A DNA stretch of 64,000 bases from Nitrosopumilaceae archaeon (GTDB lineage Archaea > Thermoproteota > Nitrososphaeria > Nitrososphaerales > Nitrosopumilaceae). The number at the start of each line of letters is the position of its first letter. Position 1 is the stretch's first letter. The notes beneath the pieces were generated by a model, which saw nothing but the letters and a program-made list of their open reading frames with translations, ran no database searches and was not told where the DNA came from. Below are positions 28,509 through 36,693 of the stretch, one piece after another. Made by a program: the position numbers and the translations under genes. The DNA is taken from assembly GCA_965207375.1 (NCBI GenBank), contig OZ242274.1, positions 1,092,905-1,156,904 on the forward strand, in the 5' to 3' direction.

Positions 28509-30275
28509 TTATCGTGTTTCATCTACACAAAATGTTACCTCTGATGAGGATGCAGCACTTGAAGATACCAAAAAATTTAGTGCATTTGCAATTTTGTCAT
28601 TATCTGGCTCTGCCCCTGTGACTGAACCCGGAAACACTGTAAATATTCTGACCTGTGATTTTAAAACATCACTTAATTCCTGATTGACAGTTGTAGTGTA
28701 TGGTCTTAGTGCTCCTCTAAACACCTCAACTTGCATTCTTTTTATGCCTGGAATTTTTTTACCGGTTGGCAGATCAGGGCCAATAATTAGCATTGAACCT
28801 GTTGCATTCTTGTACAGTCTGGGATCCTTTCTGCCTCCTGGAACAAAATGTTCCAATGTCTGTTGGGCAACAGTTGCAGGTGTTGTAATGAATTTTGCAA
28901 CTAGCTGTTCCCAATCATTTCTTGCTAATTCTACAAGTTTTGCAAACTCTGGCAGTTTGCCGGTTATGTGAACTACTGCTAAGACCTTGCCCATGGTTTT
29001 TTCTACCGTATTTAGCCAACTTGACACCTCTTGAGGATTTGTAATGTCTATCACATGGGAGTGAAATTTTTCACTAATGGAATCTTGTAGTTTTTGTGGC
29101 GTACTGTTTGAAATAAAGCATGCAGTTTTGCCTCCATTTTTCTCCACATATGCTGCTAGGTGTTGCACTCTTGCAGCATCTGTTTGGTCTGTGGCATCTA
29201 CTGTAAACACTATGGTTTTGTCTGTAAAATCTATTTGGTGTACGTTGGGTGTTGCATTTCCAACATGTGCCTTGACTGGATAAAATACTCTGTCTCCTGG
29301 AATTACCTTTCCGTTGATGATCTGTGCTATTTTATCATCACACAAGTTAAGAACTGACTCTGCAACCTGTTCTTGCTTTAGAAATTCTTTATCTGCAATC
29401 ATATGTGATGTATTGTTTTGGATTTTTCCTGCAAGTGTTCTGATTTGCTCCAAGAGTCTTGTAAATGTATCAGTTAATTTTGCAACATCTCTTCCGTTTG
29501 CTAACCTTTGTGCAGCTTTTGCAACTCCTTCCTTGTTTACTCCGTCTGCCTGTATGCATTCTAGCAAATCCTCTCTTGTCTCTTCGACTTGTACAGGACT
29601 TAGATCTTCAAACCCTCCGACTCTCATAAATTCAAAAGCAGCCTTTGGATATACTGTTTTGTAAATCCTATCAGAGTGTACTGGACCAGGGTTTGTAGCT
29701 ATAGATATGATTCCCTTTTCTGCCAACTCCCATGACATTGCCTCTGCAAGTCTGTTTTTTGCTCCTTGTGCTGCAGTGTATGGAGTTCTGAACCTGTACG
29801 GTCTTTGCTCTAGCGGTCTCTCTTCTGTAAAAAATGTTGAAATTGTAATTATTTTACCTCCTTTTTTCATCACTTTGAGACCCTGAACCGATGTCCAAAA
29901 CGTCCCTGTAAGGTGAATTCCTACTGCACTTTTGAACTCATCTAGTACTGCATTTGGAAAACATGTCACAGGACCTGAAACTCCGGCATTGTTAATTATG
30001 TAATCTATTATAACATCTTCATTTTTTAATGACTCAAACATCTTGTTGATTCCATCAGCATCACTTACATCTACGCCATCAAAAATTTTCACAAATGCAT
30101 TACTTTGTTTTTCAACAATTATTTTTTCTAGTATTTTGGCAGTCTCTGCTAACGGTTCCCTGCGTCTGCCTAAAATTATGACGCTTGCCCCATTTTCAAC
30201 AAATTTTTCAGCAATTGTTTTTCCAATGCCTGTTCCACTACCAGTAATTAGGGCTAGTTTGCCTTGAAATTTCAT
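28509..30275 (-). CDS. Two-domain short-chain dehydrogenase/reductase-like oxidoreductase (588 aa)
   Basis: N-terminal TGSGTGIGK Rossmann motif and NNAG motif. The active-site region reads ISTFF...PYTAAQGAKN, followed by NPGPVHSDRI. The C-terminal ~330 aa lack a canonical glycine motif. Confidence 0.8.
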   Translation of the reverse strand: MKFQGKLALITGSGTGIGKTIAEKFVENGASVIILGRRREPLAETAKILEKIIVEKQSNAFVKIFDGVDVSDADGINKMFESLKNEDVIIDYIINNAGVSGPVTCFPNAVLDEFKSAVGIHLTGTFWTSVQGLKVMKKGGKIITISTFFTEERPLEQRPYRFRTPYTAAQGAKNRLAEAMSWELAEKGIISIATNPGPVHSDRIYKTVYPKAAFEFMRVGGFEDLSPVQVEETREDLLECIQADGVNKEGVAKAAQRLANGRDVAKLTDTFTRLLEQIRTLAGKIQNNTSHMIADKEFLKQEQVAESVLNLCDDKIAQIINGKVIPGDRVFYPVKAHVGNATPNVHQIDFTDKTIVFTVDATDQTDAARVQHLAAYVEKNGGKTACFISNSTPQKLQDSISEKFHSHVIDITNPQEVSSWLNTVEKTMGKVLAVVHITGKLPEFAKLVELARNDWEQLVAKFITTPATVAQQTLEHFVPGGRKDPRLYKNATGSMLIIGPDLPTGKKIPGIKRMQVEVFRGALRPYTTTVNQELSDVLKSQVRIFTVFPGSVTGAEPDNDKIANALNFLVSSSAASSSEVTFCVDETR

Positions 30276-30531
30276 GGATAAAGTTTACTATAATCTGTGA
30301 TATTTATTTGGATTGATCCCAAGGGTAAAGTTTGTATCTGTGCCTTGAATTATCTAGTATCAACAGTTTGTTACATACTACAGCCAAATCCAAACAACTG
30401 ATTTTACTGTGTTTTTTTGTGAACCTTGCCATGTGTATGAATTTGCACAGTCCTGTTGATCTCTAGAAAAACTTTAAGATCTTGTCTGATTTTTCTGATA
30501 TGTTTATTTGTGGGTTTGATTTGTAAAAATT

Positions 30532-30768
30532 GTGCACGATTCTGAGCCTGACACCTTTGATCTAAAGACTATACCTGAAACTTATTCTGATCTGTTAAGG
30601 AAGATAGGAGTTGATTCTGTCGTTAAAGACATTGGAACCGACGATGTAGAAAAAGGCGACTATTACAGCAGACACTTTACCAACTCTCCAAGAATGATTA
30701 CCAACAAGGGATGCATTGACATATCAAACTCTAATATTGATATAGTTCATCTTATTCAAAAGGGATAG
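30532..30768 (+). CDS. Hypothetical protein (78 aa), possibly the 5' half of a gene split by TAG
   Basis: GTG-started ORF. Its TAG at 30766-30768 is in frame with the next ORF, which starts 3 nt later. Confidence 0.4.
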   Translation: MHDSEPDTFDLKTIPETYSDLLRKIGVDSVVKDIGTDDVEKGDYYSRHFTNSPRMITNKGCIDISNSNIDIVHLIQKG

Positions 30769-30771
30769 CAA

Positions 30772-31146
30772 ATGCAAGACACTGATCCATTACCATGGGG
30801 AGCCCTAGACAGATTCCAGGCACATTTTATTGTAAAAAAAGAAACAGACTCTAATGTGATTGATTATCTTGCTCGGGCAGAACTAGACACCAATGGGCAT
30901 TTTGGCAGAAAAAAAATCATCTCTATTAGCTGGAACGGTGGCAAATTGGCATCTGCCCTAAATGACGACTCTGAATTAAACCAAATGATTGCTCATCAGC
31001 CAATTAACCAGGCAAGCATTGTTGTAGAACCCACCGATAATGTAGTTAGGATTTATAGTAAATGGCAAAACAGAGATGATCTTGGCATTTCAAAAGAGAT
31101 GTTTGAAATCTATAACCGCATTGCAGGACACATAAAAAACCTCTAG
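30772..31146 (+). CDS. Hypothetical protein (124 aa)
   Basis: Clean ORF in the same frame as 30532..30768. Confidence 0.5.
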   Translation: MQDTDPLPWGALDRFQAHFIVKKETDSNVIDYLARAELDTNGHFGRKKIISISWNGGKLASALNDDSELNQMIAHQPINQASIVVEPTDNVVRIYSKWQNRDDLGISKEMFEIYNRIAGHIKNL

Positions 31147-31676
31147 GCCCTCCACCAATCTAATGCAAGAAAATCCACATCATTGGTTCTAGGTATTGCC
31201 AAAATGAATTGTTTTCTTACAGTAGTTGCAAGCCTTCCTGCAAGCACTACTCCTGTAGCCGTTATTGGTTCTCTGGAATTGCATACCTGTACCAGATATG
31301 GCGCATGTTCTAGTCCGGGGCCTTTTTGATACACTGCAAAATCACATCCAAACTTTATGCCTGGATTTACAATGTATCCTCGGTCCCTGAAATTTTTATA
31401 AACTTGATATTTTTTGTCAAAATTATAATATTGTTGACTGCAAATCTTTTGCATTTTTTTAATTCCTATTTTGCTTTTTAAACTTGTGATTTTAATTTTG
31501 CCTTTTTCTAACAGATAGCATCCTTCAATCAAATCTAAAATTAACGGTACGTTAATTTCTTCAGGTTTTGGCTTTGGCATTCCTATAGGCTTTCCATAAT
31601 ATCCACTAGAAAATAATTTTTTGGAATCTGCAATGTTCCATACTATTATCCTGTTGTCTATTAGTTCAGCCTTCAC
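31143..31676 (-). CDS. endA: tRNA-splicing endonuclease
   Basis: YKNFRDRGYIVNPGIKFGCDFAVYQKGPGLEHAPYLV matches the catalytic C-terminal domain of archaeal EndA. Confidence 0.9.
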   Translation of the reverse strand: MKAELIDNRIIVWNIADSKKLFSSGYYGKPIGMPKPKPEEINVPLILDLIEGCYLLEKGKIKITSLKSKIGIKKMQKICSQQYYNFDKKYQVYKNFRDRGYIVNPGIKFGCDFAVYQKGPGLEHAPYLVQVCNSREPITATGVVLAGRLATTVRKQFILAIPRTNDVDFLALDWWRA

Positions 31677-31807
31677 ATTTGTTGGTACTGTTTAGATCTA
31701 TATGATGGTAGTCCTCTAGTCTCTACATATTGTTTTGTAAATCCTAGATTACAGGTATCTCAAACATGTATCTAGAATTTAAACAAACTAGAGAAAAATT
31801 GTATGTT

Positions 31808-32461
31808 CTACAGACTTAGTGCAAGCAATATGAACGAATCTGAAACCCGCTGACACTTGTCTGCCATCTCTTCGATTCCCTCAATTACATCCTTCATCAG
31901 CAAGAGTTCCTTTGTGTTGGTAATCTCAGTTAGGAGTTTGAGCGTTGCCTGTCTGTACTTTGTATCTATCTCTCTTTCAATTTTTTGCGTTTCCTGTGCC
32001 AGCTCAATTGCACTAGCAGAGTTGTTGTTGAGATTTCTTATTATCTCATTGAGTTTGTAGACCTCGTCTACTACCAGCTCAATTAGTACCGTTAAATCCT
32101 TGTCTAGTTTTGAATTTTTCAATGTTGCAGGCTTTACATTTGCCAGCTTGAATGAAATTCCGGTTATGTATCCTGCAATCTCATCCATGGTATATGCCGT
32201 ATTTAGAAGGTTTTCTCTGTTCATGATGAGGCCTCCAACATCTGCAACCTCGCGCGTAATCTTGCGCCTCAATGTTTCTACCTCCTCTTCAATACTTGAG
32301 ATCTGTTCTAGTGCATTTTTGATGCCTGTTTTATCCTTATTCATCATGAGGTTTGGTAGTGTTGCTAGCTCCCTTGATGCATTTAGAATGCGATTGATTT
32401 CGTCTTGAAGAACTGCAATTGCCTTTCGTTTAGCTTGAACCTCAAGCTCGCCGCTATACAT
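31808..32461 (-). CDS. DUF47/PhoU-like phosphate-transport regulator family protein
   Basis: All-helical ~217-aa protein with a typical DUF47 layout (..IEEEVETLRRKITREV.., ..IEGIEEMADKCQRVSD..). The start is taken at the ATG at 32459-32461 because the longer 261-aa ORF adds a non-homologous-looking extension. Confidence 0.7.
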   Translation of the reverse strand: MYSGELEVQAKRKAIAVLQDEINRILNASRELATLPNLMMNKDKTGIKNALEQISSIEEEVETLRRKITREVADVGGLIMNRENLLNTAYTMDEIAGYITGISFKLANVKPATLKNSKLDKDLTVLIELVVDEVYKLNEIIRNLNNNSASAIELAQETQKIEREIDTKYRQATLKLLTEITNTKELLLMKDVIEGIEEMADKCQRVSDSFILLALSL

Positions 32462-32721
32462 GTGAAAATTGATAATTTTAAGACTATAATTAAATCCTCT
32501 GATGTTTTCAGCTAAGCAAAATGTGACCCAAATTCTTGATCTACCTCCGTCTTTCTCTCCATTTTGGGATAGATTTTGGCCTGTTTTACCCATATTTCGC
32601 TTTAGCTGATATTAGGCAGTTTTTGGGCTTGTAGGAAATGTGCATTGTACTATCATAAAGCAAGCAGGTTTTATTGTGTAACCTGATTTCATTTATGAAT
32701 AATTCTGATGACTGATTCGTA

Positions 32722-33039
32722 TTATGTTTCTAGTGGTTCTATCTCTTCTGCTTTTTGCATTGCCTTTTTACTCAACGCATTATCCATCGATATTATCTGT
32801 TTTACAAACACACTGTCCTTGTTTAATGTATATAGTGTTGTGTTGCCATACTTTCTTTTTGGTATGACTATCTTTAGTCTCTCAAGCTCAGGCCATACCT
32901 TGTATAGTGTAGTCTTTGAGATGCCTGTGCCCTCTAGAATCTCTTTTTTAGAATAATCGCTTCTGTTGTCCAGAAAAAAGTCAACTATTCTCAGATTTGG
33001 CGTATCACCAAGATATCTCATCAGCAGCGTTGTATCCAT
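32722..33039 (-). CDS. Small wHTH transcriptional regulator (105 aa)
   Basis: YSKKEILEGTGISKTTLYKVWPELERLKIV is an HTH followed by a wing. Confidence 0.65.
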   Translation of the reverse strand: MDTTLLMRYLGDTPNLRIVDFFLDNRSDYSKKEILEGTGISKTTLYKVWPELERLKIVIPKRKYGNTTLYTLNKDSVFVKQIISMDNALSKKAMQKAEEIEPLET

Positions 33040-33092
33040 GTTTCATATTGTGAGTAAAAAGTATTTAATTATGTCTACCAAAGGTACTAAAA

Positions 33093-33395
33093 GTGAACCT
33101 GTCTGAATTCACAGATGAGCAGATAATGGCACGCCTGATACTAAAGTTGTACAGGCGTGGAAACTGGGGCAAAAGCCATACAAGCTTTGAGAACCTAAAG
33201 AAGGGATTTAGTCAAAGGGATCTGGGCAAAAAAGGCATCAAGCGGGTAGACAAGATATCTGAGAATATGATAAAATCAGGATTATTACACTCAAAATCTA
33301 CAGGCTATGGCTTTGAGGTAAGCCTAGAGTTTACAAGAAAAGACGAGCTTCTTGCAATAGCACGACGTGTCTTTCCTGATGAAGATCTTGCCTAG
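33093..33395 (+). CDS. Hypothetical protein (100 aa), divergent from the wHTH gene
   Basis: Clean ORF. No motif recognised. Confidence 0.5.
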   Translation: MNLSEFTDEQIMARLILKLYRRGNWGKSHTSFENLKKGFSQRDLGKKGIKRVDKISENMIKSGLLHSKSTGYGFEVSLEFTRKDELLAIARRVFPDEDLA

Positions 33396-33547
33396 AATGT
33401 TGATTCAGGTAATGCCATCTTCTTTGCATCTTTAAATTCATCATAATATTCAGCTGGAATGGTAAACTTTGCGTCTATTGTGGATGGTTTTGTCCCCCAA
33501 AAGAGTCATCACATTTCTTCCAATGGCAACTAGAGTGTTTTTGTGTT

Positions 33548-33955
33548 GTAACATTCCCACTTTCTAAAGTTCCTTATATAGTCAGGCAGTAAAGCATAAG
33601 GATCACCACTATCAGAATAAAATTATGATGCCAGGATTTGATCTTGAGGAAATAGATTGGAGAAATTCTAATGTCAACAAGCTTTTCGAGGTTCTTACTG
33701 AAAAATTTGATCAAATGGATAAACAAATGAAAGATCTGCAAAAAGACAATCATCTAAAAGATGTAAAAAGCGAACAAGTGCTTGCAGAAAACAAACAAGT
33801 AATTACAGAAAATAAACAACTAAAAGAAGAAATTGTTCAACTAAAAAAAAACTCATAACAAAGCTGCAAAAGAAAAAAACAAGATCTAGTCATGTCAGTA
33901 TCTATAACACCAGAGAGTACAAGGGATACCCAAAGATCAAAAAACAAAAGATGCA
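33548..33955 (+). mobile_element. Left part of an older, decayed IS66-family copy, interrupted by a younger copy
   Basis: It starts with the same GTAACATTCCCACTTTCTAAAG end as the intact copy and is collinear with 33956-~34336, apart from a short internal duplication and a frameshift. Its transposase remnant is ORF 33625..33858. Confidence 0.85.
33625..33858 (+). pseudogene. Truncated/frameshifted IS66-family transposase N-terminus
   Basis: MMPGFDLEEIDWRNSNVNKLFEVLTEKFDQMDKQMKDLQKDNHLKDVKSEQV parallels the first residues of the 482-aa transposase. It stops after an A-run of different length. Confidence 0.85.
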
Positions 33956-35649
33956 GTAACATTCCCACTTTCTAAAGTTCCTTATATAGTCAGGCAGTAA
34001 AGCATAAGGATCACCACTATCAGCATAAAATATGCTGCCAGGATTTGATCTTGAGGGAATAGATTGGAAGAATCCCGATGTCAACAGGCTTTTCGAGGTT
34101 CTTACTGAAAAATTTGATCAAATGGATAAACAAATTAAAGATCTACAAAAAGACAATCATCTAAAAGATGTAAAAAGTGAACAAGTGATTGCAGAAAATA
34201 AACAGCTAAAAGAAGAAATGGTTCAACTAAAAAAACTCATAGCAAAGCTGCAAAAGAAAAAAACAAGATCCAGTCATGTCAGTAGCTATAACACCAGAGA
34301 GTACAAGGGATACCCAAAGATCAAAAAACAAAAGACACAGCCAAAATATACACAGCAAGAATCTGAGACTAACAATCTAACCATAGATCACAAGTTTTGT
34401 CCACAATGTGGTAATGCTCTTGCAGATTCATCAAGCAAATACACCAGAAACGGTGAATCAATAATAGACGGCAAATGGTCTAACGTCAATATGACCATTG
34501 TAGGCAGATACTGCAAAAAATGTGCACAAATGCAATATGCAAAACCTGTTGACTTTTTGTCCAATGAAAAATTTAGCATCACTATAATGGCAAGAATTTC
34601 TACAATGAGACACCTGACTATATCGTATGGCAAAATACAGAAACTCTTGCAGATGTTTTACGGCAAAAATATGGCAATCTCTACACTAGAAAGACTTGAT
34701 GCGCAAGCCTCAAAATGCCTAGAACCGCTCTACTATTCGCTTCTTGATGAGATTACCAAGGCAAAAATCGTAGGAGGTGATGAAACAGGATGGTATCTAA
34801 ACGGCAAACTATGCTGGGCATGGGTGTTTCATTCGATATACACGGTAGTATATCACATCTCACAATCTAGAAGCAAAATGGTATCTGAGACGTTTCTAAA
34901 GGATTTTGAGGGCATACTAATGGGTGACTCTCATCCTGGATGGAGTGTTGCAGACATACTTCAAAAATGCCTGCTACACTATTTCAGGGACATGTACAGA
35001 ACGCTTGAAAAAAATGACAAAAAAGAATTTCAGAGCTTCTTTGATGAACTATACAAGATACTAAAATCTGCAATAAAGCTTGGCAAAAAACATGACACAG
35101 TACAGGACATTACAAAGGGCAGTATAACCAAACTGCAAAAAAGAATCAATGCACTTGCTACAGGAACATATGAGGATGAAGATTGTCTCAGATATGTAAA
35201 GCGACTAAAGCGTGAGGGTAACTCTTTGCTGACATTTCTAAAATATGATGGCGTGCCGTACCACAACAACGCAAGCGAGCAGGCAATGCGCATATTTGCC
35301 ATAATGCGAAAAGTATTCTACGGTAGTCGCTCAGAGAAAGGCCTCAAAACCACAGAGATACGTCAAAGCATATTTGCCACATGTGAAAGGCGCGATGTAA
35401 ATCCGTATCCGTTTGTCAAGGAATATCTGCGTGGCAATATCAAAGAAATCCCCATTCCAAAAGTCACAGTTGCTGCATGATATAATCAAATGTACAGTGT
35501 ATAATACACAAAATTTGATGCTGTATGATCATTTCTATAGTCTGGATATGTTCTGTGCCGGTTCATTGTCGTAAACTGCACTAGGGTTTTACATGCAGTT
35601 TCATGGATCATCTAAAAACCAGAGTAACTTCAGAAGGTCGATCTGTTAC
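33956..35649 (+). mobile_element. Complete single-ORF IS66-family element (1694 bp) with GTAA...TTAC ends and an 8-bp target duplication
   Basis: The left inverted repeat gtaacattcccactttctaaagttcc matches the reverse complement of the right end, gtaacagatcgaccttctgaagttac, at 19 of 26 positions. It is flanked by AAGATGCA at 33948-33955 and 35650-35657. Confidence 0.9.
34032..35480 (+). CDS. IS66-family transposase
   Basis: N-terminal coiled coil, zinc-finger-like CPQCG...CKKC, then GGDETGWYLNGKLCWAWVF and DSHPGW blocks typical of IS66 TnpC-type DDE transposases. Confidence 0.85.
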   Translation: MLPGFDLEGIDWKNPDVNRLFEVLTEKFDQMDKQIKDLQKDNHLKDVKSEQVIAENKQLKEEMVQLKKLIAKLQKKKTRSSHVSSYNTREYKGYPKIKKQKTQPKYTQQESETNNLTIDHKFCPQCGNALADSSSKYTRNGESIIDGKWSNVNMTIVGRYCKKCAQMQYAKPVDFLSNEKFSITIMARISTMRHLTISYGKIQKLLQMFYGKNMAISTLERLDAQASKCLEPLYYSLLDEITKAKIVGGDETGWYLNGKLCWAWVFHSIYTVVYHISQSRSKMVSETFLKDFEGILMGDSHPGWSVADILQKCLLHYFRDMYRTLEKNDKKEFQSFFDELYKILKSAIKLGKKHDTVQDITKGSITKLQKRINALATGTYEDEDCLRYVKRLKREGNSLLTFLKYDGVPYHNNASEQAMRIFAIMRKVFYGSRSEKGLKTTEIRQSIFATCERRDVNPYPFVKEYLRGNIKEIPIPKVTVAA

Positions 35650-35756
35650 AAGATGCAGCCAAAATATGCGCAGCATATTGTGGCGGTTGAATCAGATGGC
35701 CTGACTGAGGAAGGGTATCTGGATGGCAGTAGACACGCATAAAAAATAACTACGGA

Positions 35757-36014
35757 TCACCTCTCAGGGCTTCCGACAGGATTTTCACCCCGTCTCTCCT
35801 TGAATTTTTTGCGTTCCTGGTTGTATCGGGATGGTTTTGATGTGGGCATGTTGACACTATCATAAAACGCAAAAAGTTTTGTGTGCTCATCAATCCTTTT
35901 TGCCTGCGTCTGTATTGTTACTGCTTGTTCCTGCACTGTGCCTGTCAGAGCGTTCATTTTATCATGTAATTTGTTAATCTCTTTGTGTAGGATCACAACC
36001 TCGGATTCGGTCAT
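35757..36014 (-). pseudogene. N-terminal fragment of a second, different IS66-like transposase (opposite orientation)
   Basis: A coiled-coil N-terminus followed by NMPTSKPSRYNQERKKFKERRG resembles the conserved N-terminal part of IS66 transposases. Only 85 aa remain. The local G+C is visibly higher than the surroundings. Confidence 0.5.
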
Positions 36015-36153
36015 ACGATACAGTGATACATGATATCATCAAAGAGCTTTGGCCTAGTTTTGTATACTTTTATCAAAATCATTTCAACCTTGATTTGGGC
36101 GACCTGAGTTTGTACAACTAAATCTACCAAATCCGTTTTAATCCGATATTAAT

Positions 36154-36288
36154 ATGAATAATATGTCAAAGGCAAGACAGATAGATGATCTCACTCCAGA
36201 GGAGATAAAAGATATTGAGGAGTATAGAAAATCAAATGACATCGAAAGGAAAACACTACAAGAGATTATAGAGGAACTCAATGGATAA
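36154..36288 (+). CDS. Small antitoxin candidate (44 aa) of a RelE/ParE-type toxin-antitoxin (TA) pair
   Basis: MNNMSKARQIDDLTPEEIKDIEEYRKSNDIERKTLQEIIEELNG is acidic. Its TAA overlaps the ATG of the toxin frame (TAATG). Confidence 0.55.
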   Translation: MNNMSKARQIDDLTPEEIKDIEEYRKSNDIERKTLQEIIEELNG

Positions 36289-36551
36289 TGACGTGGGACT
36301 TTGCCCGCAGACACACGTTTCAAAAACAATTTAAAAATCTAGATAATCACATATAGATGCGTGTAAACAATGCACTAGAGGATCTTGCTAGATCTAAAAA
36401 TCCCACAGATCTTGGAACGTACAAGCCTAATATGCAGGTGTTTGCATACGATATGGGGAAATATAGAATAATCTTCAGCGTAAGATATTCTGAAAATCTA
36501 ATAGACCTGATACGTGTCTGTGATCACAAGTCAGCATATGGCAAGGATTGA
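36288..36551 (+). pseudogene. RelE/ParE-family toxin interrupted by an in-frame TAG at 36354-36356
   Basis: MTWDFARRHTFQKQFKNLDNHI-TAG-MRVNNALEDLARSKNPTDLGTYKPNMQVFAYDMGKYRIIFSVRYSENLIDLIRVCDHKSAYGKD. The GxYRIIF...I..V.HR/K.aY pattern is typical of RelE/ParE. The track shows only the distal 64 aa. Confidence 0.7.
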
Positions 36552-36693
36552 GGTTTTTATTCCTAGGAAATCTAGATGAATCAATCACTAGGATCTAAAC
36601 TCAGAATTATGCTATAACTGTGTGCAAAAATTTACACCGCAATTTTCCACATATACGCCACATTATATGAAAATAGAATCATGCTTTGTCTGT

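Noticed and set aside
31808-32593. The long 261-aa version of the DUF47 ORF, and the absence of a Pit transporter partner
   Set aside because: The N-terminal 44 codons look non-homologous (Gly/Ser/Arg-rich), so the internal ATG at 32461 is preferred. The missing partner may simply be encoded elsewhere.
33396-33500. A minus-strand frame ending ...KPSTIDAKFTIPAEYYDEFKDAKKMALPESTF-stop with no start codon
   Set aside because: It is probably the 3' remnant of a gene destroyed when the older IS66 copy inserted at 33548. It is too short and startless to call as a feature.
30766-36356. The idea that the two in-frame TAG codons (30766 and 36354) indicate TAG recoding or readthrough
   Set aside because: TAG terminates confident genes in the same window (pyrG at 3094-3096 and cbtA at 24747-24749). 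Both interrupted genes lie in or near decaying accessory DNA, so nonsense mutation is the simpler explanation.
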